DNA of 64,000 bases from the human T2T-CHM13v2.0 reference genome, Homo sapiens, in assembly GCF_009914755.1 (NCBI RefSeq), contig NC_060927.1; one strand, given 5' to 3'. The notes under the pieces are model-generated. The model was not told the origin of the DNA, did not search any database, and saw nothing but the letters and a program-made list of their open reading frames with translations. A program made the translations under genes and the position numbers. Of this stretch, positions 1 through 13,739 are shown in pieces. Positions within the stretch are counted from its first letter, which is position 1; the number at the start of each line of letters is the position of its first letter.

Positions 1-1135
1 AGCCAAATGATCTACACAGTGTGCGTGCTTCCATTGATTTTTTTTCCATGCTTTTTTATCCATAGCCAAAATATAGTTGCAATTCACAAGTGTAGTTCCA
101 ACAAGAATGGTGATAGATATTTTCCTCGTAGTTAATGAGTGATACGCAGTGAACCAATGAACACATATATAAAAACTTAGTGTGAGTAAGCTTTTTCCCA
201 AATCTTCTGAATACCAGAATATTTCCTCAATTTTTTTGCACTATTTACAATGTAACAGCTATTGATATGATATACTTTTAACTTTAATCTCTATTACTAA
301 TGTTTTCTCCAACACGCTTAAGTCTAAACAAGCGACAGGAGAGTGCCAAGACTGGCTGACTAGAAGCAGCTGATGTGCACCACTCTCATGCAGAGGAGAA
401 AGAGTAGCAAGTAAAGGCTGGCCCTTCAGCTGGATATGCAGGTAGACATGCTGGGATTCATCAAAGAAGCAATATGACCTACACAGGTCAGAGAGGAGCA
501 ACATAGGACAGTTGCCCACCCAGGATTGGCATGGAGCAAGGGGAGGCTTTCCACTATAGGAAATTGTGAGTAATAGCCCCCGAAAGCCCACTACCAATTG
601 GAGGGCCCCCCGGCATAGGCTGATCACTTTCATTGGTAGTGGCTCTGCATTTCTCTGGGAGAGAGCCCAATTAAAAGGACCTCTGCCTCTTACCGCTGCT
701 AAGGACCTGCTGAGGAAGGAACATAAGGCCCGAGCTTACCCCAGGGCTGCTATGTGCAGCCAAGGAGGACCAAGCCAAGATCTGCATCCAGCACTCAAGT
801 GAGATAGAAGCCTACACTTCCTGAGCACTGAGAGGGTATCATGGCTGCAATTGTGAGGAAATACAAAGAAGTCATGTTGCTGAGCGTGAGCCTACAACAT
901 GGCCATTACACCTAAGCACCATCTACTAGATCACAGCCCAAACTTCAACACCAAAAATACTTTTCCAATATACCCCCAATCCACTGCAATCCCTGTCCTG
1001 TGAAACCAAGGACAAGAATTCAGCTACAAATGGAGACGCTGCACAAAGCCTCGTCCCTCGGGAAACATCCAGAAATGAAGTCAACTGACTTCAACACAAA
1101 TTCCAACACAATTGAAGGAACATCAGCCCACACAG

Positions 1136-2160
1136 ATGAGAAAGAGCCAGAGAAAGAATTCTGGCAACTCATATAGCCAGAGTGGCTTATTTCCTTCAAA
1201 CAACTGCACTAGTTACCCAGCAAAAGTTCTCAATCAGGCTGAAATGGCTGAAATGACAGACATAGAATTCAGAATATGGATAGGAATGAAGATCATCAAG
1301 ATTCAAGAGAAAATTAAAACCCAACCCAAGGAATCTAAGGATTACAATAAAATAACAGGGCTGAAAGACAAAATGGCTATTTTAAGAAGGAAACAAATTC
1401 ATCTGATAGAGCTGTAAAACACACTATAATAATTTCATAATATAATCACATATTAACCGCAGGAATCAACTAAGCTAAGGAAAAAAATTTCAGTGCTCAA
1501 AGACTGGTTCTTCAGACTAAGTCAGACAAAAATAAAGAAAAAAGAATAAAAAGGAATGAACAAAATGTCCAAGATATATGGGATTAGATAGAGACCAAAT
1601 CTATGACTCATTGGCATCACTGCAGGAAAGGGAAAGAAAATAAGCAATTTGGAAAATATATTTGAGGATATTGTTCACAAAAATTTCCCTAACCTTGCTA
1701 AAAAGGCCAACATTCAAATTCAAGAAATGCAGAGAACCCCTGTAAGATACTATGCAAGACGACCATCCCCAGGACACATAATCATCATATTCTCCAAAGG
1801 TGATATGAAAGAAAAAATATTAAAGGCAGCTATAGGGAAGGGGCAGGTAATATACAAAGGTACCTCCATAAAGCTAAAAGCAGAACATTCAGTAGAAACT
1901 CTGTAAGCCAGAAGAGATTGCGGGCCTGTATTCAGGATCCCTAAAGAAAAGAAACTCCAATCAAGAATTTCATATCCAGCCAAATTAAGCTTCATAAGTG
2001 AAGGAGAAATAAGATTCTTTTCAGGAAGCAAATGCTAAGAAAAATCATAACCACTCAACCTGCCTTGGAAGAGGTCCTTAAGGGAGGGCTACATATGGAG
2101 AAAAAAGACTATTATCTGCCACCATAAAAACACACATAAGTACATAGATTATTGATAATA
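1136..2160 (+). pseudogene. L1 ORF1 remnant (disrupted)
   Basis: ATG at 1136. ORF-track fragments 1112-1417 and 1649-1906 match L1 ORF1p. The end coordinate is approximate. Confidence 0.85.
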
Positions 2161-2189
2161 TAATGCAATGACACTATCAAGTCTGCATA

Positions 2190-5100
2190 ATATCCAGGAT
2201 CAAATCCACAACATAGCAATGTTAACCTTGATTGTAAATGGAATAAATGCCCTGATTAAAAGGCACAGGGGAGCCAGTTGGATAAAGCAGCAAGACTCAC
2301 TGTGTGCTGTCTTCGAGAGATCTATCTCACATACATTGACACTCACAGGCTCAAAGTAAAGGAATGGAGAAAACCCTACCAAGCAAATAGAAAACAAACA
2401 AAAAAATAGTGGCTGCCATTCTAATTTCAGACAAAACAGACTTTACACCAACAGTGATCAAAAAAGAAGAAGAAGGACATTACATAATGGCAAAGGGTTC
2501 AATTCAGCAAGAAGACATAACACAACACAAGAGCAGACAGATTCATAGAATAAGTTCTTAGAGACCTATGAAGAAACTCAGATAACCATACAATAGTAGT
2601 GGGAAACTTCAACACTCCACTGACAGTATTAGACAGGTCATTAAGGCAGAAAACTAACAAAGATATTCAAGATCTGAACTCAGCACTTGACCAAATGGAC
2701 CTTGCACACATATACAGAACTCTCTACCTAATAACAACAGAATATACATTCCTCTTATCTGCACTTGGCACATACTCTAAAATCAACCACACAGTAAGCC
2801 ATATAACACTTCTCAGCAAATCAAAAAAGAAACTGAACCAACCACACTCTCAGATCACAGCACAACAAAAGTAGAAATCAACACCAAGAAGATTGGTCAA
2901 AACAACACAATTACATGGAAATTAAACAACCTGCTCCTTAATGACTTCTGGTAAACAATGAAATTAAGACAGAAATCAAGAAATTCTTTGAAACTAATAA
3001 GAACAAGGATAGCACATACCAGAACCTCTGGGACACAGCTAAAATGGTGTTAAGAGGAGAGTTTATAGTGCTAAACACCCATATCAAAAATGGCAGAAGG
3101 ATCTCAAATTAACAGCCTAACATCAACATCACACCTTGAGGAACTAGAAAAACAAGAGCAAACTAACCCCAAACCTAGCAAAGTCAAGAAATAACGATAA
3201 TCAGAGCCAAACTGAATGAAACTGAGATGTGAAAAAGCATACAAAAGATCAACAAAATCAGAGGTTGTTTTTTTTTTTTAAGAATAAATAACATAGACCA
3301 CTAGCTGGACTAACAAATAAAAAAGAGAGAAGATTCAAATAAATAAAATCAGAAATGACAAAGGGGAACATAACCTTTGACCCCACAAGAATAAAAAAAA
3401 CCATCAGAGACTACTATGAACATATCTATGCACACAAAATATATGACCTGCAAGAAATGGATAACTTCCTAGAAAGATATAACTTCCCAAGACTAAATGA
3501 GTAATAAATTCAAACCCTGAACAGACCAATAATGAGTTGAAGTACGGAATCAGTAATAAAAAGCCTACCAACCAGAAAAAGCCCAGGATCAGACAGATTC
3601 ACAGCTGAATTCTACAAAATGCATAAATAAGAACTATTACCATTTGTACTGAAACTATTCCAAAAAGTTGAGGAAGAGGGACTCCTCCCTAACTCATTCT
3701 ATGAGGCCAGCATCATTATGATACCAAAACTGGAAAGAGACACACACACACAAAAAGAAAACTTCAGGCCAATATCCTTCATGGACATAGATGCAAAAAT
3801 CTTCAATGAAATTCTTTCCAAAAAGTCCTTGTTTTTTTGTTTGTTTGTTTGTTTGTTTTTAGAATAAATAAATCCAACAGCACATCAAAAAGCCAATCTA
3901 CTACAATCAAGTAGGCTTTATCCCTGGGATGCAAGATTGGTCCAACATATGCAAATCAATAAATGTGATTGACCACATAAACAGAATTGAAAGCAAAAAC
4001 CATATGATCATTTCAATAGACGCAGAAACAGCTTTCGATATAACCCAACATGCCTTCATGATAAAAAATACTCAACAGAATAGGCATCAAAGGAACATAC
4101 CTCAAAATAATAAGAACCATATATTACAAATCCACAGCCAACATCATACTGAATAGGCAAAAGTTCGAACCATTTACCCTAAAACCTGCAAAGGGTGCCC
4201 ACTCACCACTCCTATTCAATATAGTACTGGAAGTCCTAGCCAGAGTAATCAGGCAAAATAAAGAAATGAAAGGCATCCAAATAGGAAAAGAAGAAGTCAA
4301 ACTATCTCTCTTCACTGACAATATGATCATGTACCTGAAAAAACATAAAGACTGCATAAAGCCTTCTAGAACTGAAAAACGACTTTAGAAAATTTCAGGA
4401 TAAAAAAATCAATGTGCAAAAGTCAGTCACATTTCTATACACTAGTAATGTCCAGGATGAAAGGCAAATCAAGAACACAATCCCATTTACAATAGCCACA
4501 AAAAAGAGAAATATACAGGAAAATAGCTGACCAAGGAGGAGAAAAATCTCTGCAGGTAGAACTACAAAACACTGCTAAAAGAAATCAGAGATGACACAAA
4601 AAAATGGAAAAATATTCCATGCTCATTGATTGGAAGAATCAATATCATTAAAATGGCCATACTGCCCAAAGCACTGTACAGATTCAATGTTATGCTTACC
4701 AGTCAAGGCCATTCTTCACAGATTTAGAAAAATCTATTCTATAATTCACATGGAACCAAAAAAATGAGCTGGAATAACCACAGAAATCCTAAGCAAAAGG
4801 AACAAAGCTGGAGGCAACACAATACCTGAATTTAAACTATACTACAAGGCTACAGTAACCAAAACATCATGGTACTGATACAAAAATAGACACATAGAAC
4901 AATGTAACAGTATAGAGATCCCCAAAATAAAACCACACATCTACAACAATCTGATCTTTGACAAAGTTGACAAAACAAGCAGTGAAGAAAGGACTTCCTA
5001 TGAATAAATGGAGTTGGGATAACTGGCTAACCATATATAGAAAATTGAAACTGGACCTCTTTCTTATAACATATACAAAAAACAACTGAAGATGGATTAG

Positions 5101-5900
5101 AGACTTTAATGTAAAACCTAAAACTATAAAAACCCTTGAAGAAAACCTAGAAATACCATTCTAGACTTAGGCCTTTGAAAAGATATTATGACAAAGATGC
5201 TAAAAGCAATTGCAACAAAAACAAAACTTGAAAAATGGGACCTAATTATTAAAGAGCTTCTGCACAGCAAAAGAAACTATAAATAGAGTAAAGAGATAGC
5301 CCATAGAATGGGAGAAAATAAATGCAAACTACATATCCAACAAAAGTCTAATATCCAGAATCTATAAAGAACTTAAATTAACAAGCAAAATACAACCCCA
5401 TCAAAACTAGGCAAAGGATATGAACATACACTTTCCAAAAAAGACATATATGCAGCCAGCAGGTATACGAAAAAAAATGTTCAGCATTACTAATCCTTAG
5501 AGAAATGCAAATCAAAACCACAATTAGATACCATCTCACACCGGCCAGAATAGCTATTATTAAAAAATCAAAATAACTATAGATGTTGGCAAGGTAATGG
5601 AGAAAAGGGAATGCTTATATACATGCTTTTGTTTGGAATGTAGTTTAGTTCAGCCACTGTTGAAAGCAGTTTGGCAATTTCTCAAAGAACCTAAAACCAA
5701 TTGAGGCAGAAATGTCATTATTGGATATATACACCCAAAGGAATATATATTATTCTACCATAAAGACAGTTGCACATGTATGTCCATCACAGCACTATGC
5801 ACAATAGCAAAGGCATGAAATCAACCTAAATGCTCAACAACAGTAAACCAGATGAAGAAAATGTACATATATATACACCCTGGAATCCTATGCATCCATA
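2190..5900 (+). pseudogene. L1 ORF2 remnant (endonuclease/RT, disrupted)
   Basis: Fragments 2168-2359, 2599-2874 and 3929-4156 match ORF2p. The RT core CTCTTCACTGACAATATGATC (F-T-D-N-M, degenerate FADDM) lies at ~4308-4328. Confidence 0.85.
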
Positions 5901-5913
5901 AAAAAGGAATGCA

Positions 5914-6266
5914 GGCTGGGCACGGTGGCTCATGCCTGTAATTCCAGCACTTTGGGATGCCCAGGCAGGTAGATCGCCTGAGGTCAGGAGTTGGAGACCA
6001 ACCTGGCCAACATGGTGAAACCTTGTCTCTACTAAAATACAAAAATTAGCCTGGCATGATGCATGGTGAAACCCTGTGTCTACTAAAATACAAAAATTAG
6101 CCGGGCATGGTGGTGCATGTCTGTAATCCCAGCTGCTCAGGAAGCTGAGGCGTGAGAGTCGCTTGAGCCTGGGAGGCAGAGATTTCAGTAAGTCGAGACT
6201 GCACCACTGCACTCCAGCCTAGGTGACAGAGCAAGGCTCCATCTCAAAAAAAAAAAAAAAAAAAAA
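5914..6266 (+). mobile_element. AluS-type element inserted in the L1, with an internal 51-bp duplication
   Basis: GGCTGGGCACGGTGGCTCA...poly(A) at 6246-6266. TSD AAAAAGGAATGC / AAAAAAGAATGC. Confidence 0.95.
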
Positions 6267-6609
6267 GAATGCGATCATGTCCTTTGCAGCAATGTGGATG
6301 AAGGTGAAGAAAATTATTCGAAGCAAACTTATGCAGAAATAAAAAACCAAATACTGCATTCTCACTTACAAGTGGGAGCTAAACATTGGGTACACATGGA
6401 CGCGAAGGGAACAATAGACACTTGGGCTTGCTTGAGGGTTGAGGGTGGGAAGAGAGTGAGAATCAAAAAAGTACGTATCAGGTATTATGCTTATTATCTA
6501 AGTGATGAAATAATCTGTAAACCAAACCCCTGTGACTCACAATTTATCTATAGAACCAACCTGGACCTACACCCCTGAAACTAAAATAAAAGTTAAAAGA
6601 ACAAAAAGA

Positions 6610-6790
6610 GCAAAGAATTTGGAGTCCCAAGACCCCTGGGACTTATTAGCCGAGTGAGATTGAGAAGGACATTCACTTGTTTTAAGTCTCAGGTTCCTTA
6701 TCTGAAAGGATATCATTTGAAAACAGTACACATCTTACAGGGCTGTGATGAAGACTAAATAAAACTGTTGACATACTGGAAAGTTTTGAA
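6610..6790 (+). mobile_element. MIR remnant
   Basis: TTTGGAGTCC...AGTCTCAGGTTCCTTATCTGAAA...CTTACAGGGCTGTGATGAAGACTAAAT resembles the MIR core. Confidence 0.6.
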
Positions 6791-6904
6791 AAATGTACCT
6801 GACTTCAAAGACTGAAATTTCACTGCAGAAAAAAACTTTTAAAAAATCTTCATATAAAAAATTACTTTAAAAAAATAAGCAACAAAGCAATAACTCAAGA
6901 CTTC

Positions 6905-7250
6905 ATTTATAGCATTGGCCTATTTCCACGGAGTAAATACTCCCAATATATCCAATTTCCTGGTACCCACTTGACACCATTGAATGTAAATTTGAGATTG
7001 TGCAATAGCAAAACATTCTATAGGATTTCTAATATTAAGATATAATCAATGCAAACAAACTCAAAAGCATAGGCAATAGTAAGAGGTAATAATATATTTG
7101 GAAAGGATGAATTTTGAGCTTTAATTATTTTGCATTTAATGTAATTAAATTGTTCATTAATATAGTTTGATGTTTAATCATATCTGTTTATAATATGGCT
7201 TGCAAAATTCCTGAAAATTTAACAATCAGCCCTCATAGGCCTCTTCGGAT
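6905..7250 (-). mobile_element. hAT-type DNA transposon remnant (MER63-like)
   Basis: GCTTGCAAAATTCCTGAAAATTTAACAATCAGC and TTTCCACGGAGTAAATACTCCCA match the consensus as I recall it. Confidence 0.6.
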
Positions 7251-7619
7251 CAAATGACCAGCAAGGCATAATACTAGCAAGTAAGGAGGAATGAGATGGC
7301 TTTGGCTTTACAGATTTTAAACATTTAAATTCACTTAGGTATATAGTAGAAGCATTTTTACTTCCAATTGTGCTTAATCTAAGGAAAATAGCATCTTTGA
7401 ATCTTTTCCTTTTTCTAATCAACTTTTGCTCCTAATTTTCCATTCTAGCTTCTAATATCCCTAGATTAAGAACAAAAATAACATTGATTTCCACCACAGA
7501 TAAAATGTCCAATAAAAGGCAAAGTAAAACTGGAATCAATTGAATATTCTCTGTTTAACACCAAATTGATTTTAAGGCTGCCAGATAAGGAAGGGAGAAA
7601 TAGAATGTAAAGCTGTCCT

Positions 7620-7750
7620 GAGAAGAGATCACTCAGTCTAAGCCCCTCATTTTGAAGATATGAAAATGGAGATACCTCAAGATTGGCCTAAAATCACCGA
7701 ACCCACTAGCAGCAGAGCAAAGACAAGAATGCTGGGCTCCTGAGTTCTGA
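7620..7750 (-). mobile_element. MIR remnant
   Basis: CCCCTCATTTTGAAGATATGAAAATGGAG...GCCTAAAATCACCGAAC is an antisense MIR core. Confidence 0.55.
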
Positions 7751-8559
7751 AAGCCATACCTGTTCTATTGCTGTGCACCAAACCTTAATTCCTGGGCCAT
7801 CTTTATTAGAAGAGTGTTTGGCAAGTTCTTTGGGTGTGAAAAGAGAAAACAGTTCTCATAAATCAGGTTTCCATGCCTGGTCTGTTAAATCCACCACTGG
7901 CACGATCACAGGGAAGTGCTGCTCCAGCTCATTGTGCTAGAAATAAACTGAGGTCTCATAGCAGCCATTAGAGTCTAATTATATGTGACAGCCAACCTGA
8001 CAGGTTTTGTTTATTTGTTTGTCTATTCTTTCAGTGCTTATGGCTTGAAAAAAATGAATAATGCTGTCAAAACTATCTTACCCTTCAGGAGCTCTTTCTC
8101 TGCTTCATTGGAAAGCATAGGAAAGCATTTACTTCTAACACGCCTGGTAAAGCTAATAAGGAAAAATGATTTCACTGAGAAGTCTGTATAATTATGCATG
8201 GCTCATGTGACACCTACTGATGGTCAACTGTCACTAGTACACTGTGATATACTTGATAAGAGAATGAGAATCAGGAGCATCAAATACATAGAAATCACAT
8301 AAGAAGTCTTTTCGGAAGAAATGCGAGCTATGAAATCATCTGAGGATGAGGCAACAGATATATCTAGAAAACATGAGCAAAATAAAACATAAAATTGTAT
8401 AAATTTCATAATGGAACTAGTGGACAATTGACAGATTATATTTAACCCTGTCTTAATTTATTTTTCCCAGACCACTCACCTTTTAAGAATATCAACATTA
8501 TATTTGTACTGAAAGTAGATGTGATAGGTAGATCTTGATTATTTTCGAGTCCCAAGCAG

Positions 8560-9800
8560 ATCTCTATGTTTTTCTTGAATGATTCCAATTTTACCAATGA
8601 TCTAGCTAAGGACATTGACATGTTCCTGAATGCCTCTAAACAAAGTAAAAAAAAACAAACAAAAAAAAAACAACTTTGAATGGCAGTATTAAGATCCAAT
8701 TCCTTATCAACATGTTGAAATGATAATGTGAACTTAATAAAATATAGTAAGACTCAACATATTAAACTTAAGAAGAGTTAAATAAGTAAAGGAAAACAAA
8801 CAACAACAACAAAAAGCTGGAGTGGGGAAAATAGAATCTAATAGCCATCTGTATGAGAAAAGATTTTATTTGGCTGCAAACTCATGAGTTGATGTTGTAA
8901 CAAGACTGCAAACAGCAAGAATGTGAATATATTAAATCTTGCCTTCCTCTGGGAAGTGCCAATGAGAGCTTGTACTAGCTCCACTCCATTCCAGACTGGA
9001 AAGATCATGCCTAGTGTGCCATCAGCTTGAGAAATATGTGTTTTTATCTCCCATGGCTTTGATTAAGTTGGGTTACATCTGGCTACTACTCAGTCTCAGT
9101 TTGGACAGTGTGGGCTCCACAGCATTTGTCCACTCCTCATTTACTTGCAGAATTCTGTTGTCTAAGTTACACTTTTTACACTCTGTTCTAATGTGGCTAC
9201 TGGTGAGGTGTAAACGTTGTTTTGCCACTGTGAAAAATATAAAAATAGGTTTTACAGTGCTCCATTGTATATACTTTTATATACATAGTGATTTCTAGAA
9301 CTAAAGCTTTCTACATTATTAAGAGTTGATTGTACTGTGTTTAATTGTAGGCAAGACATTAAGTGGTATGTTTAAAAGTTGGGTGTGCTTACATAAGAAT
9401 CCCCAAGAAGAGAAAGACTCTGTAAACCAATATCTATGAGGAATAGTTGAAAAAAATAAAGAAGACTTATTTATGCACAAGAAAAAGAGAAAAAATTAGT
9501 GGGTAATTCTTAATGGAATAATTACTTAGAAGATGAATTGTCATTTTTTTTGGAATTCAGTTTATTTTTGTGACTGTCAGGATGAAAGTTGCAAGGTCAC
9601 AGATTCAGGTCAGCTTTAGAGCAGGTTGAAGTATTAGAAAATGGAATATGATGCTTTATAATCAATTTTCCATTCATGGAGGTGTCCAAAGGGTACTGAA
9701 ATATACATGTATTAACAGTTTTATAAATGGGAGTGATTAATTAGATAGTCTTCTAATCAGTGAGTTACAATATTCTTTTCCACTGCAAGAATCTATGAGT
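8560..9800 (+). mobile_element. CR1/L3 LINE remnant, interrupted at ~8940-9300
   Basis: GTATGAGAAAAGATTTTATTTGGCTGCAAACTCATGAGTTGATG, CTATGAGGAATAGTTGAA and CCATTCATGGAGGTGTCCAAA resemble L3 ORF2 and 3' end. Confidence 0.55.
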
Positions 9801-11594
9801 CAATGTTGTATCATTGATGACATGATGACAAAGAAGCTCTATACAACCTTCATTTTGGTTATTTTAATTTGTAATCTCTCATTTGAAACATAGCACTGAT
9901 TGAAAGGTATTTTAAAGTATTATCCCTACCACTCATTAACACAAATCACTCAACCTAGAAGAACGTGTGGTGGCTGTTTATAGACCTACACCTACTTTTT
10001 GATATTAATTTTTCCTTCTAGATTTTCATATATTTAATTAGCTTACAAACAACTCACCTATTAAATTATAAAACTTATGTATAGATTTGATATAGCATAG
10101 TTTTTACATAAGAATGTTTAATAATGAAGAGTGGTGTTTAATCAACATGTTGAATGTGAAGCCAATTCATAATTTGAAAGGTCAACAATAAAGGGGCATC
10201 ATCCATCATGATTTAATCAGTCGTATCTTATTAAGAGCAGTTGCAAAACAGGTGAGAACATTCACAAAAGGATTAGTTTATAATATTTAGGTTAACATTT
10301 AAAAACCATCACTAGCCGTAGTGTTCATGATATTAATTATATAGAAGTATGCCATTTTCTAAAGGAGCAGGAAAACTTTTAAAATATTAACAACACTGAG
10401 ATTAGTCTTCAGAAATTTAAAATAAAATTCAAGTGTCTTTAGAATTTAAATTTCTTTATGAGGATGTCAAAATGATAGGATAAAACCCCAATGAAAGATA
10501 TATATTGCAATATTCATATCCAAATGAAACTTCTCAGATCATGAGTCTATTACCATACTCCATTATCCCGAGATGAAGCGATTACATGTTCTGTTTTTAT
10601 TTTTCAAATACTGTTGACTGCCAAAAAGAAACTAGTGAAGATATTCTTTATGCCAAATTTCCTTGTCTTCTTTCATTTTTTCAGTCAACCACCATTTGCT
10701 AAGCAGCACTATGTACCAAGTGTCAGTTACTCTGCCACTATACACATTTCTGTGATTCAAATTAGCTCAAATAAGATCCACAAGTAAAGGAATAATGTTT
10801 GTATTATACAAAATTTCATTGGTTTACCTGTGATTTTCATAAGCCAAAGTAGCCAGATGAGTGTGAATAGATTACAACCTTCAGTGGGAAAGGAAAAAGC
10901 CATCATCTTAGCTACTGCCCTGGCAGTGGGAGTCCTTTCAGAACATTCCAACTAAGTGCAAGCAGTTGGAGCTTCCTTCCCAGCCAAGTTCACCATCAGT
11001 TTTGTTCAGCCAGTGGTAAGTTGCACTATCTTCCAGGTTTACTTCACCAGCAGCCCCACTCTCTGAGATCTCCATTTTCATCGATTTGGACTCAGTACTG
11101 GCCAAATCTTCTTAACTAATGTTGTTTGTGAATTACTAAAATCATCTGTGGCAACCTTCAGCTACACTAAGCTGCCTGCCTAGGTGGTCTAAGTTAGCTC
11201 TGCAGAAACTTATTACTGTGTTTGCTTGTGCTTTGGTTAAAACATTTACATAAGATTTTCTTTATCATTGCCTACTATTATGCAGAATATGAGGTTTCCT
11301 AATAACATATATAATTACAGAGAAATGTCTCTATTGTGATAGTCGCAGGAGATTCAGAAGTGAATTATACGCAGCTGATGCCTTCACACTGCCAAGGTTT
11401 AGTAAAAATGACATGCAAACTATGAGTTTTACTACAATGTGATGAGTGTCATTGCTATGCTAAAAAATACAAGAATTCAGAGGTTAGAAGGCCCAAATAC
11501 CATGAGTTTTACAACTTCCCTAATAGCTCATTTCACAATAAAGAATTTCTGATCATCAGAAGCTTATTATATTGAACTAGAATTTTCACTTCTT

Positions 11595-12360
11595 TATGCA
11601 ATCAACAAGGACTTATTGATCAGTTTCTATAAGTCAGGAATGTTTCTGGACAACTGGAGTTTGCTTGAGAAGGAAAATTGGACCTGACTTAGTGTTACAG
11701 AGTTTATATTTTAGATTCAAAGATTGAAAATCAACAAACACACAAGAAAATAAATGAATCTGTGAACAAATAAAATTGTTTCAGATAGTAAGGAAATCTC
11801 TGAAGGTAAACAGAGTAATAGGACAGAAAGTGACCGTGTAGATTAAGGGTGTCAATACTCTATAGGCTAGTAGAAGTTAAGCTCTTCTGTGGAGAAGTAT
11901 GGGTTTCAGCTAATGGAAGTCAAGGAGAGATTTACAGCCTGAAGTCACCAATTATGCAGAGCCTTCAGGCAGGGACATTATGTTTGGCAGGAGGGCAGAC
12001 ATGGGAACACTGGCTGCTTGGGAAGATAAGAAGAAGCCAGGCAATATACTAGTCCTTAGGAATTTGGATTTGATTTGGCATGAGATAGAAAGTCACTGAA
12101 TTGTTTTTAGCAGGAAAAGGACATGAGATGATTTATTTTGTGAAAATATAAGTTGACGGCCAGATGAAGAAACAATTGTTAGGTTATAGGCATGGAAGCA
12201 GGCAGTTAGGTGTTGGGAGACAATAGCCATGTGCTAAGTGAGGCGTTGCAGTGGTTTGACAGGGAAAACAGGGGCCATGAGCAACAGAGATGAAATAGAT
12301 AAACTAGAGTATATTATGGTGACATAATGTGTACATTATATCATTTGGGGATAGATGGAA
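11595..12360 (-). mobile_element. L2 remnant
   Basis: CAATCAACAAGGACTTATTGATCA (antisense L2 tail) and GGAATTTGGATTTGATT...GTCACTGAATTGTTTTTAGCAGG. Confidence 0.65.
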
Positions 12361-12437
12361 TGTGCTCGTGATTAATCCACAACCATCAAAGTCCACCAAG
12401 TAAACAAGAACAGTTCTCTGCATCTCCACTCCATTAC

Positions 12438-12784
12438 TGATGTGGTTTGGCTCTGTGTCTCCACCCAAATCTCATCTCAAATTGTAATCCCCACGTTCCC
12501 AGGTTCCAGGATCACGGGGGCAGTTCCTCCATGCTGTTCTCATGATAGTGAGGGAGTTCTCACGAGATATGATGGTTTAAAATGGGCAGTTTCTTATGTG
12601 CACACTTTCTGTCTCTCCTGCTACCTTATGAAGACCTTCCTTGCTTCTCCTTCTCCTTCCTGCATGATTGTAAGTTTCCCAAGGCCTCCCCAGCCATGTG
12701 GAACTGTGAGCCAATTAATCTTCTTTCCTGTGTAAATCAGTCTCAGGTAGTATCTTTATAGATGTGTGAGAATGGATTAATGCA
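12438..12784 (+). mobile_element. MaLR solo LTR, THE1D/MSTA-like
   Basis: TGATGTGGTTTGGCTCTGTGTC...GAATGGATTAATGCA. Perfect 5-bp TSD ATTAC at 12433-12437 and 12785-12789. Confidence 0.9.
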
Positions 12785-13739
12785 ATTACCTTTTTTCGTT
12801 CTTTGCCCTCATTCGCTGAGGTTTTCAAACTACAATTAGATGAAAACTTTTTGTGACTGTTACAGAGGTTTTCCTGCCTCTATTTAGACATTGGAACAAG
12901 ATTACCTTTAAAAGGGGGTCTAGTATATGATATGTAGATGGGAATTTTTAAGGAATATGATTCATTTAGCAGCATGGACTATTAGTAAAAAAAAAAAATT
13001 ATATTAAATGGCATTCTTTCCATATCTATAGGGCCAAGTCGAAAGCTCTCCATTATAGCTGGAGATGCCCTCTTTAAGCTTTTACATTCTCCTTCCGCCC
13101 CCAACATACACGCTATACTTATACACGTATACTTTTCAACCTTCAACCTCCCTTTAGAAAAATAAAAATTATCATTAAGTGCTCAGATCAAAAAGTAATA
13201 GGCAATGAAAAAAATATTGATTTGTATTAAATCACCGGTGCAAATATGGTGTGCGAGGATAAGAATGTTTGGCAAGAGCTACAGTATTATAAAATAAATG
13301 ATATGCTAGTCATCGAAGGCCCTTGTCCATGTAAGTGAGCAGAAATATATAGCATTTGCTTATTATCTCCAGCCCAAGTAGTAAATTATCACTGAAATGG
13401 CAAAGACTGAAGTGGACATAAATTTGGGGTTCGCTGTGCTGAGGAGTGTGGGGGCTTGGTATATTTCAAAAGCCTTAGGAGGCTACCGATCATCATGATC
13501 TGCAGACAGAGCTGCAGATAAAGTATAAGGTGATTTCTAGTTGGAAACTTAACCAAGGCTCTCATGGCTTACAGTTAGAAAATTATTTTCCTCTAGTACA
13601 GAGTTTACAGATTACCTTTTATTTCTTTTTAGCTTCAAACCTATTGTTAAAATATCAAATTATTTGTATTTTCCTACTCTCTGTGAAAGAATCTTTTTAA
13701 AAAATTAACCTTTCTACCATTTGATTTTGATTACAGAAT

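Larger units (their letters stand above)
338..6600 (+). mobile_element. Near-full-length decayed LINE-1, L1PA15/16-like (5'UTR, ORF1, ORF2, 3'UTR)
   Basis: The 5' end GCCAAGACTGGCTGACTAGAAGCAGCT resembles older L1PA 5'UTRs. ORF1 peptides are present (MRKSQRKNSGNS...AEMTDIEFRIWIGMKII; ENIFEDIVHKNFPNLAK). ORF2 EN/RT peptides are present (GNFNTPLTVLDRSLRQK; [19 protein letters not shown]). The 3'UTR ends CCCCTGAAACTAAAATAAAAGTTAAAA. Many stops and frameshifts. Confidence 0.95.

Noticed and set aside
5821-6212. Alu-derived ORFs (also 51891-52419 and 59016-59460)
   Set aside because: Standard translations of Alu sequence.
10720-11250. Possible old LTR (TG...CA bounded)
   Set aside because: I could not match it to a family or find a TSD.
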